Origin: Candidatus Anderseniibacteriota bacterium
GTDB taxonomy: Bacteria > Patescibacteriota > Andersenbacteria > UBA10190
DNA: 64,000 bases
Reading direction: 5' to 3'
Assembly: GCA_016197005.1 (NCBI GenBank)
Contig: JACPWO010000001.1
Location: 346,544 to 410,543 of the forward strand
The notes below the pieces were generated by a model. That model did not search any database. It saw nothing but the letters and a program-made list of their open reading frames with translations, and was not told where the DNA came from. Made by a program: the position numbers and the translations under genes. Positions 46,809 to 56,538 of this stretch are shown one piece after another; position 1 is the first letter of the stretch; every line of letters starts with the position of its first letter.

Positions 46809-47793
46809 ACAGCTGCTCAGCTTCCTCTTTGAGCGGACGCCACCACGCCTCATTCTGCTGGTACCACGTAATTGTTTCCTTAAGCCACTCTTCAAATGAA
46901 TGCTCAGGTTCCCATCCTAGATCTTTATTAATTCGGCTCCAGTCTACTGCGTAGCGCCGATCGTGTCCGGGCCGATCCTTCACAAATTCAATCTTATCTT
47001 CACTAAGATTCATGTGTTGCAGCAGTAGCTTAGCAACCTCGAGGTTATTAACATCATTGGACATTCCACCAACCAGATATGTCTCTCCACTCTTTCCAGA
47101 TTGCAATACCGCATCGATGGCTCGACAGTGATCTAAGACGTGCAGCCAATCCCGAACATATTTACCATCCCCATATACTTTTACTGGCTGGCCATCACTG
47201 AGGTTCGTAATCATGCGGGGAATAAATTTTTCTGGGTGCTGATACGGACCAAAGTTGTTCGAACAATTAGTAATAGTATACGCGAGACCGTAGGTGTCGC
47301 CATATGCCCGCACTAGATGGTCAGAGGCAGCTTTACTAGCGGAATATGGACTATGTGGATAGTATGGAGTCGCTTCGGTAAACTTTTCCGCAGAATCCAA
47401 AGCGAGGGCTCCAAATACTTCGTCAGTTGAAATATGGTGAAAATGTATTTTTCTTTGGCGGACGGCGTCGAGTAATACAAACGTGCCTTTTACGTTCGTT
47501 TCAACAAATGCTTCGGGACCTAAAATGGAGCGATCCACATGGGATTCAGCAGCAAAGTGAACCACTATATCTGCCTCCCCTACCAGTCGACCCACAATCT
47601 CCTTATCTAAAATATTTCCTTTCAGGAAAGAGTATTTTGAATTGTCTTGAACGTCGGCTAAGTTAGCCTCATTACCCGCGTACGTTAAGGCATCAAGATT
47701 AGTAATAGAATCTTCAGGGTGTTGCGAGAGCCAGTAACTAATAAAGTTACTACCAATAAAGCCCGCCCCACCGGTAACTAACAGTTTAGACAT
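46789..47793 (-). CDS. rfbB: dTDP-glucose 4,6-dehydratase
   Basis: MSKLLVTGGAGFIGSNF Rossmann motif and catalytic YSASKAASD. The start is at the internal Met (track ORF 46789..47862). Confidence 0.8.
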   Translation of the reverse strand: MSKLLVTGGAGFIGSNFISYWLSQHPEDSITNLDALTYAGNEANLADVQDNSKYSFLKGNILDKEIVGRLVGEADIVVHFAAESHVDRSILGPEAFVETNVKGTFVLLDAVRQRKIHFHHISTDEVFGALALDSAEKFTEATPYYPHSPYSASKAASDHLVRAYGDTYGLAYTITNCSNNFGPYQHPEKFIPRMITNLSDGQPVKVYGDGKYVRDWLHVLDHCRAIDAVLQSGKSGETYLVGGMSNDVNNLEVAKLLLQHMNLSEDKIEFVKDRPGHDRRYAVDWSRINKDLGWEPEHSFEEWLKETITWYQQNEAWWRPLKEEAEQLYVKSGQ

Positions 47794-47961
47794 ACCCTTA
47801 TACTTCAGGAGAGTTTGAATATTGACAAGGGAGTAAGATTTAATTGCACAACCCAGAAACAATTTTTCATCCAGGACAGAGACTCATACCAACAAATCTA
47901 ATGTAGGTTTCAATGAGAGAATCATGGCTTTTTATTTGAGGTAGTTTTAAGCTAATGAGCT

Positions 47962-48696
47962 ATGCTTGATCTTCTATTAACTTTTGGAGTCGGGGTCCTA
48001 GCCAGTATTGTTAGTGGCATGGCTGGAGGCGGAGGTGGCCTTATTTCTGCTCCTTTTTTCATTTTTATCGGCCTGCCACCTCAAATTGCTCTAGCCACTA
48101 CGAAGTTCGGTGCGCTTGGACTCACGCTTGGCGCAATAGCTAAATTCAGAAAAACTGAACATGTCAGAAAAGATTTTGTCATCTTTCTATCTCTTTTAAG
48201 TATCGCGGCTGCAATTGCGGGAAGCAGAATTTTACTATCTTCTACTGATGAATACATTGAGAAACTTGTCGGCATGATGATGCTTGCCACGATTCCATTC
48301 CTCTTTATGAAAGAAATGGGATTGCAAAGTTTTAAGCCTAGTTATTGGAAAGAAGTGTTAGGCTACATCTTCTACTTTGTAGTTTTAGTGTTACAAGCTG
48401 CTTTTGGTGCTGGCGTAGGAATGATGTTGATGGTTGTCATGATGGGTCTGTTTGGATTTACGGCCTTAGAATCGAATGCCACAAGGCGCATTCCTGGATT
48501 TATTCTCGCAGCTGTTTCTCTAGGAATTTATATATTCAACGATGTTGTGTATTACGGACACGGATTAGCCATGCTTGCCGGCATGATAGTAGGAGGATAC
48601 ATAGGAACGCATATCGCGATTAAAAAAGGAAGCGGATTTGTGAAAATGGTTTTTGCCATTGTCGTAGCTATTATGGGACTTCAACTGGTAGTTTAA
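47962..48696 (+). CDS. TSUP-family membrane transporter (TauE/SafE sulfite/sulfonate exporter-like)
   Basis: GMAGGGGGLISAPFFIFIGLPPQIALATTKF is the TauE signature. Two 4-TM repeats. Confidence 0.7.
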   Translation: MLDLLLTFGVGVLASIVSGMAGGGGGLISAPFFIFIGLPPQIALATTKFGALGLTLGAIAKFRKTEHVRKDFVIFLSLLSIAAAIAGSRILLSSTDEYIEKLVGMMMLATIPFLFMKEMGLQSFKPSYWKEVLGYIFYFVVLVLQAAFGAGVGMMLMVVMMGLFGFTALESNATRRIPGFILAAVSLGIYIFNDVVYYGHGLAMLAGMIVGGYIGTHIAIKKGSGFVKMVFAIVVAIMGLQLVV

Positions 48697-48776
48697 CATT
48701 TACAAAATAGGTAAACTGTGCCATTGTCTACGGTTGTTCTTTACCAACCTATTCTCAAACAAGCGAGGCTATAATC

Positions 48777-49676
48777 GTGGCACAAAAGAAAATGAAGGTT
48801 ACCGACCGGGATCAACGCAAAGAGCTTGATCGGTGGCAGTGCAAGGATTTTCAAGATTGCTACGAAGACACCAGCAATTTCGTCTCCAACAAGCGGATCT
48901 TCGTAATCTGCGGCTGCGGACGAAGCGGCACTAGTCTGCTGCGGGTGATGCTTGATACGCACTCTTTGTTAGCCTGCGGACCGGAAACATTGCTGTTTCT
49001 GCCAATTCCTACCAAGGTGGATGACCTCCACCGGAAGTTCGAGATTCCTTTGAAGGATCTGCGTTCATGGAAGCGTTTGGGTGAATCGCGAGCAGAGTTT
49101 GCCATTCGCCTTCAGGAAGCATATCTTTCGCTGCGTGAGCGGAATATCTGGGGTGACAAGACATCCCGCAATATCCACCGACTTAAGCAGATTTGGCGAC
49201 ATTTTCCAAATGCGAAGATTATCCATGTGGTACGAGATGCGCGGGATGTAGTGCGCTCGCTCAAGACTCACCGCAAACGCAAAGTGGTGGAAGGTCAAGT
49301 CGTGCCTACGGGTTGGATTCAACCACTGGACGATTGCATTGGGCGCTGGTTGCGAGCAATGCAAGATGCTTGGTCATTTCGCGACCATTCGAATTATATA
49401 GAGATGAAATATGAGGATCTCATTTTCAATACGGTCCCCACACTTACGAAGGTCTGCTGCCATATCGGTGTTTACTTCGAAGAGCAAATGCTCGAATTCC
49501 ATACAGTGAAAGGTAGGTCTCGAGACGCTGCGCTCTTTCCCCAGAACATTGAGGCTATTCAACCATTGTCGACTACCTCAGTTGGAAAGTGGAAAGAAGA
49601 ACTGACCAATGAAGAGGCAGAAGAGGTTATGCGGCGTACGCAGAACTACATGATCCAACTCGGCTACGAACTCTGA
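48777..49676 (+). CDS. Sulfotransferase (PAPS-dependent, Sulfotransfer_3-like)
   Basis: The 5'-PSB motif is ICGCGRSGTSLL and the 3'-PB motif is VVRDARDVVRSL. Confidence 0.65.
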   Translation: MAQKKMKVTDRDQRKELDRWQCKDFQDCYEDTSNFVSNKRIFVICGCGRSGTSLLRVMLDTHSLLACGPETLLFLPIPTKVDDLHRKFEIPLKDLRSWKRLGESRAEFAIRLQEAYLSLRERNIWGDKTSRNIHRLKQIWRHFPNAKIIHVVRDARDVVRSLKTHRKRKVVEGQVVPTGWIQPLDDCIGRWLRAMQDAWSFRDHSNYIEMKYEDLIFNTVPTLTKVCCHIGVYFEEQMLEFHTVKGRSRDAALFPQNIEAIQPLSTTSVGKWKEELTNEEAEEVMRRTQNYMIQLGYEL

Positions 49677-49693
49677 CACAGGAGATATGCCTA

Positions 49694-50659
49694 ATGGCAA
49701 GCATCATTCTTATCGACAAAGATCGCGTGGCAGGCGTGATCAACAACATGGCGTTAGTTAAGCAAGCCGTTCTCGAAGCGCTGCGTGTGCACTATGAGGC
49801 GACATATGTGCAGCCTCCTAAGGTGTATCTGCAGGAAGGGCCGCGTGCGCACACGGCCGATCGGATCATTGCCATGCCGGTGTATGTGAAAAGTTACGCA
49901 CCGGTGTCCGGCCTTAAATGGATCGGCAGTAAGCACACTAACCCGCAACGCGGACTGAATCGTGCCAGCGCGTTAATTGTACTGAACGACCAGACCACGA
50001 ATGCACCAATGGCCTTGCTGGACGGTACGCTCATCAGTGCTATGCGTACGACAGCTGTGTCGCTGATTGCAATTGACCGCCTGCGGCCAAGTTTTCGCAC
50101 AGCTGCCATTCTCGGTATGGGTCGTCTTGGTAAGATGCACGCGGAGATTCTGGTAAAGGAATACCACTCTGTGCAGGAAATTCGTTGCTTTAGCCAGCAT
50201 GCTCTGTTCGATGATTTGATGAATCAGATTCCTCAAATAGTTAGGTGCAGCACATTCGAGGACGCACTCAAGGGAGCTGATGTGGTAGTCACCACGACCA
50301 CCGCTAACAGCCCCTACATTGAGCCACATCATGTCCCTGGCGATCCCCTGCTTATCAACTTGTCACTTATGGACTTCACAATTCCCATCTTCACTGACTC
50401 GGACATCATCGTGGATGACTGGCGGCAGTGTCGACTAGCAAAGAAAGTTCTCAAGGAAGCCATTGATCAGGGATTAGTGTTACAGGCTGATGCGCATGAG
50501 CTGTCTGAGGTGCTGTATGGAGCGATGAAGCACAAGCAGTTTCCCGGACGCACCATCGTCAACCCGCTTGGCATGGCGCTCGAGGATATTATCGTTGCTT
50601 GGGAAGTGTATCAGCAAGTGAAAGACGATCCATCGCTTCCCTTGTTTGAGATTGAATAA
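49694..50659 (+). CDS. Ornithine cyclodeaminase / mu-crystallin family NAD(P)-enzyme
   Basis: Rossmann AILGMGRLGKMHAEIL. The family N-terminal region and a length of 321 aa also fit. Confidence 0.7.
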   Translation: MASIILIDKDRVAGVINNMALVKQAVLEALRVHYEATYVQPPKVYLQEGPRAHTADRIIAMPVYVKSYAPVSGLKWIGSKHTNPQRGLNRASALIVLNDQTTNAPMALLDGTLISAMRTTAVSLIAIDRLRPSFRTAAILGMGRLGKMHAEILVKEYHSVQEIRCFSQHALFDDLMNQIPQIVRCSTFEDALKGADVVVTTTTANSPYIEPHHVPGDPLLINLSLMDFTIPIFTDSDIIVDDWRQCRLAKKVLKEAIDQGLVLQADAHELSEVLYGAMKHKQFPGRTIVNPLGMALEDIIVAWEVYQQVKDDPSLPLFEIE

Positions 50660-50673
50660 ATTTCGATTGAACG

Positions 50674-50708
50674 CCTCGATTGGCTGTATGCTAGTCGAGG
50701 ATTTTTTC
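50674..50708. terminator. Hairpin plus T-tract between convergent genes
   Basis: cctcga-ttggctgtatgctag-tcgagg followed by attttttc. Confidence 0.4.
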
Positions 50709-50757
50709 AACCTTAAAAACCTGCCTTTAATGCAAGGATAATTTGATTTGCGCCTTT

Positions 50758-52194
50758 TTATTTTCTCAAAAAAAGTGGAGTGGGTGGCTTTAGAATTGGG
50801 CGTGCAGATAATATGGCAGAAAGTTTTTCGTGTGTCTGGGGTAAAAATGGCGCAAGATGCATATTCACAGCTACCAACGTAGCGTAGAGCTCCTGGAGGA
50901 TACCCGTAACACGTGCTGTGTCGCCCGCTTTTGCTAGTTGCCATGGTTTCGTCTCTTCGATTAACCCGTCAGCCCAGGCAATTGCCTGCCAAATACTTTC
51001 GAGAGCCTTATCAAATGCAAGAGATTCAATATAAGCAGATACCGAGGAAAGGGTGGCGTCTACTTCGGCAGGCAGCTGCGCACCATCAGCGTCAAATGTA
51101 TCTCCACCAAATTGCTGAATCATATTGAGTGTACGCGAAACTAGGTTGCCTAAACCGTTTGCTAAATCAGCGTTATACCGTTCTTTCAGTCGCTCGTGAG
51201 AAAAGTCACCATCGTTTCCAAAAGGAATATCTCGTAATACATAGTAGCGAATAACATCAAACGGGTATTCTTTGGCTAGTGTCATTGGATCAATAGCATT
51301 ACCTAAGCTTTTGCTTATTTTTTGTCCGTCGACAGTGAAAAACCCATGAGCAAAGACTCGTTTAGGTAACGGTAAACCCGCAGACAGCAACATTGCCGGC
51401 CAAATCGCACAGTGAAACTTAATAATATCCTTCCCAATTAAGTGAAGATCAGCCGGCCAGAACTTTTCGAATTTCTTATCTGGGAAGCCAGTAACGGTAA
51501 GGTAATTAATAAGAGCATCGAACCACACATAGACTGCATGGTCATCATTCTGGGGAAGGCGTATCCCCCATTTTTGTGACTGCCGCGAAATTGAAACGTC
51601 TTCCATTTCATGTTCGATGTAATGAAGCATTTTATTACGAGCGGAGGAAGGCTGGAGAAACTCTGGATTATCTTTGAAATGATCCAGAAGTTTTTGGCGA
51701 TACTTAGACAGTGCAAAAAAATAATTCTTCTCGGTTATTTTTTGCGGAACTGTTTTGTGAATCGGGCATTTGCCATCCACGAGTTCGTCTTCCTTTAGAA
51801 ATGTTTCGCAACCAACGCAGTACAGTCCCTCGTAGTCACCAACGTACATGTCCCCCGCCTTATCAATCCGCTCAATGAATGCTTGAACGGCTTGGACGTG
51901 TTCAGGCGCCGTGGTTCGAATAAAGGTATCAAAGGAAAAGCCGAGGTCAGTAAAAATCCGTTTCCATTCTTCTGCCATCTCGTCGACGTACCCCTGCACA
52001 TCCTTACCCGCTTTTTCGGCTGCTTCAACGTTCTTTTGCGAGTTCTCGTCAGTGCCTGTAGAAAACAGAACCTCGCGTCCTTTGGCGCGATAATACCGAG
52101 CCAGCACATCAGCAGCGATATTGGTATATACGTGGCCAATATGTGGCCGCGCATTTACATAGTAGATGGGGGTAGTTAGGAAAAACTTGTCCAT
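50758..52194 (-). CDS. metG: Methionyl-tRNA synthetase (short form)
   Basis: HIGH region TTPIYYVNARPHIGHVYT, KMSKS as KISKSLGN, and Cys knuckle CVGCETF...CPIH. Confidence 0.85.
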   Translation of the reverse strand: MDKFFLTTPIYYVNARPHIGHVYTNIAADVLARYYRAKGREVLFSTGTDENSQKNVEAAEKAGKDVQGYVDEMAEEWKRIFTDLGFSFDTFIRTTAPEHVQAVQAFIERIDKAGDMYVGDYEGLYCVGCETFLKEDELVDGKCPIHKTVPQKITEKNYFFALSKYRQKLLDHFKDNPEFLQPSSARNKMLHYIEHEMEDVSISRQSQKWGIRLPQNDDHAVYVWFDALINYLTVTGFPDKKFEKFWPADLHLIGKDIIKFHCAIWPAMLLSAGLPLPKRVFAHGFFTVDGQKISKSLGNAIDPMTLAKEYPFDVIRYYVLRDIPFGNDGDFSHERLKERYNADLANGLGNLVSRTLNMIQQFGGDTFDADGAQLPAEVDATLSSVSAYIESLAFDKALESIWQAIAWADGLIEETKPWQLAKAGDTARVTGILQELYATLVAVNMHLAPFLPQTHEKLSAILSARPILKPPTPLFLRK

Positions 52195-52234
52195 GCCGCG
52201 AAGCGTACTGCCTTATGCCTTATGCGTAAAGATA

Positions 52235-52762
52235 TTATGAACTTTGTACTGCTCTTGGATCGTATACATATATAGCGGCACACTTAGGTTCTTTTATGAC
52301 CTTAACGGGAACAATGTCCTTAAAAGGAAAAGCATAGCTCATAACATATTTGAGTGTTGGCATGGACTGCTCTTTTAAATATTTCTTCAGACGTGGCATT
52401 GTCTCTGGGAGTAGAAATACAAACACGGCCGTCGTATTAGCTGGCAGCGGCTTTTTATAAAAATTTCCCCATATCACTTGAGCTCGTCCAAGCGTCCGTA
52501 GTGTGGCAATAACCCACATAATTGGTGAAAGTTCGAAACCAATGGCAGTAGCCCCATTACTTACTGCGGCAACTAGGACTTTTCCATCGCCTGCACCAAG
52601 GTCAACAACAGTGCTGCCTTTCCCTATCTCTAATTCTTGCAGGGCCTTCATAATAGCTCGTTTACGAGTTGGGACCCATGGGGCACCAATTTTTCCAGCG
52701 TAGGCCGTCGGAATAAGTAAAATAACTCCAACTACAAGAAGCCAGTACCAGACCGATGGCAC
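52235..52762 (-). CDS. Class I SAM-dependent methyltransferase with N-terminal TM helix
   Basis: VVDLGAGDGKVLVAA is motif I. 175 aa. Confidence 0.6.
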   Translation of the reverse strand: MPSVWYWLLVVGVILLIPTAYAGKIGAPWVPTRKRAIMKALQELEIGKGSTVVDLGAGDGKVLVAAVSNGATAIGFELSPIMWVIATLRTLGRAQVIWGNFYKKPLPANTTAVFVFLLPETMPRLKKYLKEQSMPTLKYVMSYAFPFKDIVPVKVIKEPKCAAIYVYDPRAVQSS

Positions 52763-53319
52763 TAGCTTGCCTTAACTTTCAGTTTTCTTGTTACCGCGGT
52801 ATTAGCTTTTGGAATGCGAATAGTGAGGATGCCGTTCTTGATCCGAGCTTCTGCCCGGTCAGCATCAATTTCAACAGGGAGAATAATAGAGCGGGAGAAT
52901 GTTCCCCAATAACACTCTTGGTAGAAATAATCTTCTTCGTCAGTAGTATATTGTTTGCGGCGCTCGCCCCGAATCGTGACCATGTCGTTGGTAATTGAAA
53001 CATCAAGGTCTTCAGAAGCAACGCCGGCAATGGTGCTTTGGATAATAATATTTTCATCGTCTTGAAAGACATCAACGGTAAGTTGTCCTTCCTGCTCTTC
53101 TTCCGGAGCAGCTGGTGTGGGTAAGTCTTCTTCAAACGTTTCTGATTCTACTTCTGTTTCCTCAAGTGCATCTTCATCCTGAGAAGCAAATGGTGGTTGG
53201 TATGGGACGTCCCGATTCGACGTTACTTCGGGTGCGTACTGCTCTTCGTCCTCAACCGAAGGGTTTAAAACCCGGGCTCCGGTTAACCGTTCAAAAAAAC
53301 TTTTTGGCTCTGATGGCAT
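52762..53319 (-). CDS. Hsp20/alpha-crystallin small heat-shock protein with acidic N-terminal extension
   Basis: Alpha-crystallin domain LTVDVFQDD...FSRSIILPVEID...GILTIRIPK. Confidence 0.8.
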   Translation of the reverse strand: MPSEPKSFFERLTGARVLNPSVEDEEQYAPEVTSNRDVPYQPPFASQDEDALEETEVESETFEEDLPTPAAPEEEQEGQLTVDVFQDDENIIIQSTIAGVASEDLDVSITNDMVTIRGERRKQYTTDEEDYFYQECYWGTFSRSIILPVEIDADRAEARIKNGILTIRIPKANTAVTRKLKVKAS

Positions 53320-53385
53320 GGATTTAATATTACTACGTTTATTATGTTGTGAATACTATACCACTGCAACCAGAAGGACGTAAGA

Positions 53386-55953
53386 CTACTCGTCAAGTAA
53401 GTCGTAGCTACGACGAATATCTTCTAGCTGCTGTTCTGTTGTAGCAACCAACGCTTCTTTCTCACTAATTTTGTCTTCAGCTGCCCTTCCGCGCATGGCG
53501 GCAATGATGCGCTTGGTACTAGTAATTAAGTTTTCTGCTTTTTCTTCGGTTTTCTTAAGTCGCGCTCGCGCCGCGGCCAGACTATCTGGAGTAATTTCAT
53601 CTGATCCAAAAAACAGTTGAGTGCCTGACTGAAGGGGCAATGCACGCATACCTTCCTTCTTTTCCGAAGAAATAGTTATCTTAGCCAGCGCTTCCAATGC
53701 CTGCGAGAGCGGCAGTGCGTTTTCAGTAAATATCGTAATCTTGCTGCCTGGCTTTATCCCCAGCAAAATACGTGCCGAGCGGATAGCACCCACAACTTCT
53801 TGAAATATGGCAATATCTTTACTGGTGTCATCAACAACGACTCCTTCTGCCGTCCATGCTGAGATAGCAAGAAGTTTAGGTTCTCCTGCTTGTGCCCATA
53901 ACACTTCCGTTATATGTGGCATAAATGGGTGTAGCAGTCGAAGCGTCGTTTTAAATACTTCGCGAGCAATTACAGTTGAGCCCTCTACTTTTATAATCTC
54001 AAGGTACCAGTCAGCGTAATCTCCCCAAACAAACTCGTGAAGAATGCGCGCAGCTTCCCCAAATTTATATAGAGACAAAAGGTTAGTAACTTCACTCGCC
54101 ACGGCCTGCAGACGATTTTGAATCCAGGCGTCGGCAACCGATTCGGTAGCTCGATCCGGCAAACTTTCCAGTAGTCGAGCAATATTCCACAGCTTATTTG
54201 AGAAGTTGCGAGCAGCTTTTATTCCTTCTTCATCAAACTTAATTGCCTGGCTGTCGTAACTCATCTGGTACATGAGCCCAAAGCGCGTCGCATCAGCCCC
54301 ATATTTTTCAATAAGTTCAAGTGGATCAATCCCCGTGCCAAGACTTTTACTCATACGCTGTCCTTTTTTTGTAAGAACAGTGGGATGGATAAACACATCG
54401 TGAAAAGGAATACGAGCTTCTATGGCTGGCCGACTGTATTTTTTATCTTTCAAAAGCTCAAGGCCGGAGAAAATCATACGAGCTACCCATAAATACAAAA
54501 TGTCTCGACCGGTAACTAGTACACTGGTTGGATAATATGTTTTTAAGTCATCTGTTGGCTCTGGCCAGCCGAGGGTGGCAAATGGCCACAAAGCGGACGA
54601 AAACCAGGTATCAAGTACATCCGGGTCTTGTTCGTAGTCTCCAGCTGGCTTTTCAATGGAGACAACAAAATTTCCTTCTTCACTATCCGTACCGTGTGTT
54701 CCAGCCTTCCACCACACCGGCAGTCGGTGTCCTAACCAGATTTGGCGGTTGATATTCCAGTCATAGACATTCTCCATCCAATCAATAAAGTGTTTTTTCC
54801 AGCGTGGGGGTACAAATCTGATCAAGTCTTTTTTGGCAACTTCAATCGTGTCCCCTTTCAACTTCTTCATATCCACGAACCACTGACGCATGACCTGTGG
54901 CTCAATGACTCCTTTGCCGCGATCGTTGAGCGCTACATTGTGTTCGTAGTTTTCATTAATGCTTACCAGCAGCCCCTTGGCTTGTAGTTTTTCGACGATT
55001 TTTGGGCGAGCCTCGGATGTTTCAAGTCCAGTGAATTCTCCGGCAACTGGCAGTAATTTTCCGTCAAAACCAATGATTTGCTCCATATCCAAGTTGTGCC
55101 GCCGAGCAATTTCAAAATCGGTCGTATCATGCCACGGCGTTATGGTCATAACACCGGTACCAAATTTCATATCAATAACTTCATCTTTAATGACCGTGGC
55201 TGTAACTGATCCATTGATCCACTCCGCTTCAAACATCTCTCCGTCTTTGTACTTGGCGTATCTCTTATCATCAGGATGCATAACGACATACTTGTCACCG
55301 AACTTTGTTTCAGGACGAGCGGTTGAAATTTCAAACGGGCCGTAGGTAAAGGTATACAAAGGAGCCTTTTCTGTTTTCCAATCTATTTCTAGATCAGATA
55401 CAGTCGTTTGTGTTTTTGGATCCCAATTCACAATACGAGCGCCACGATAGATATATCCCTGTTCGTAGTAGCGAACGAATGCTTCATTAACTGCTTCTAC
55501 GTAGCCATCATCCTGAGTAAAACGAGCTCGTCCCCAATCGCAAGAACAACCCAGACGCTTCATCTGATTTAATATTTCGGCGCCGGTTTTTGCGTACCAC
55601 TGCTCCGTCCGCTCCATGAATGCTTCCCGGCCAATATCCCATCGAGTTTTTCCTTCTGTATATAACTGGTTTTCTATTACTTTATTCGTGGCAATGGCCG
55701 CGTGGTCAGTTCCGGGCACCCATACTGTTTTATCGCCCATCATGCGATGCCAGCGAATAAGGATGTCCATGATTGTATCCTGCAAGGCATGGCCCATATG
55801 CAAGCTGCCCGTGATGTTTGGAGGTGGCAACATAATAACGAAGGGCTTTCCAGACGCTTTTTCTGACGGGGCAAAGATACCAGCATCCTCCCACTTCTTA
55901 TATATCTTCTCTTCGTGCTGTTTTGGATCGTATTGTTTGGGTAATTCTGCCAT
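53386..55953 (-). CDS. valS: Valyl-tRNA synthetase
   Basis: PPPNITGSLHMGHAL (HIGH), RMSKSLGT (KMSKS), a C-terminal coiled coil and 855 aa. Confidence 0.85.
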   Translation of the reverse strand: MAELPKQYDPKQHEEKIYKKWEDAGIFAPSEKASGKPFVIMLPPPNITGSLHMGHALQDTIMDILIRWHRMMGDKTVWVPGTDHAAIATNKVIENQLYTEGKTRWDIGREAFMERTEQWYAKTGAEILNQMKRLGCSCDWGRARFTQDDGYVEAVNEAFVRYYEQGYIYRGARIVNWDPKTQTTVSDLEIDWKTEKAPLYTFTYGPFEISTARPETKFGDKYVVMHPDDKRYAKYKDGEMFEAEWINGSVTATVIKDEVIDMKFGTGVMTITPWHDTTDFEIARRHNLDMEQIIGFDGKLLPVAGEFTGLETSEARPKIVEKLQAKGLLVSINENYEHNVALNDRGKGVIEPQVMRQWFVDMKKLKGDTIEVAKKDLIRFVPPRWKKHFIDWMENVYDWNINRQIWLGHRLPVWWKAGTHGTDSEEGNFVVSIEKPAGDYEQDPDVLDTWFSSALWPFATLGWPEPTDDLKTYYPTSVLVTGRDILYLWVARMIFSGLELLKDKKYSRPAIEARIPFHDVFIHPTVLTKKGQRMSKSLGTGIDPLELIEKYGADATRFGLMYQMSYDSQAIKFDEEGIKAARNFSNKLWNIARLLESLPDRATESVADAWIQNRLQAVASEVTNLLSLYKFGEAARILHEFVWGDYADWYLEIIKVEGSTVIAREVFKTTLRLLHPFMPHITEVLWAQAGEPKLLAISAWTAEGVVVDDTSKDIAIFQEVVGAIRSARILLGIKPGSKITIFTENALPLSQALEALAKITISSEKKEGMRALPLQSGTQLFFGSDEITPDSLAAARARLKKTEEKAENLITSTKRIIAAMRGRAAEDKISEKEALVATTEQQLEDIRRSYDLLDE

Positions 55954-56061
55954 AACGTGGATAAGTATAACGTAAATCGTTCTTGCCAGGCATTTTTAGA
56001 ACAAAAGCAGTACAAGAACTGCTTATTATGCGAACCTTTCCGATAAAAAACAACCTAGTAA

Positions 56062-56538
56062 ATGGGTGCGTGGCACGGTATGCTGAAGCTTATCATGCCT
56101 ACTTCGATCGCATTTGGCGGCTTAACAGCGACAATTTCTGACGCGTTCGATAATTTTCCAACACAGTATGACTGCCAAGACGCGTACCACGGCTGCATGC
56201 CCTCTTTTGTCTTTAGTATTGCCGGACAAGTACGTTTTCGAGCGGCGCTGGATCACATGCTCACCTGTAACAAACAAATGTGTATGTCACTTCGGAAAAA
56301 AGTAAAAGATGGTATGCACGTAAAATTACAATGGTTGTTTCAAGAAGATGCTCTTTTGGGATGCGTTCACGTCCAACCGTTTTTGTATGGGTCAAAAAAT
56401 CCGGTAGATATTCGGATGCAGCGTCGCTTTTTACCAGTTGCTTCTCACCTCGCTCAATGTCCACATGATTCTTGTTCTCGACTGCGTCGAGCAATGTTAC
56501 TCACCATTCGCGATCTCGTTAGTCCGAACGCGCGCTAA
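56062..56538 (+). CDS. Questionable ORF: Cys-rich hypothetical protein in a 565-bp gap
   Basis: It is the only long ORF in the tsaD-valS spacer. There is no motif support. It may be non-coding. Confidence 0.2.
   Translation: MGAWHGMLKLIMPTSIAFGGLTATISDAFDNFPTQYDCQDAYHGCMPSFVFSIAGQVRFRAALDHMLTCNKQMCMSLRKKVKDGMHVKLQWLFQEDALLGCVHVQPFLYGSKNPVDIRMQRRFLPVASHLAQCPHDSCSRLRRAMLLTIRDLVSPNAR

Noticed and set aside
46029-46895. Arg-rich N-terminal extension of murI (MKSGLRKQLRGTSRMRRGGVRSKRK...), and similarly the 23-aa extension of rfbB and the 28-aa extension of tsaD
   Set aside because: The extensions overlap upstream genes and precede the conserved family N-termini (IGVFDSGIGG, MSKLLVTGGAGFIG, LAIETSCDETG). 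Internal Met starts were chosen.
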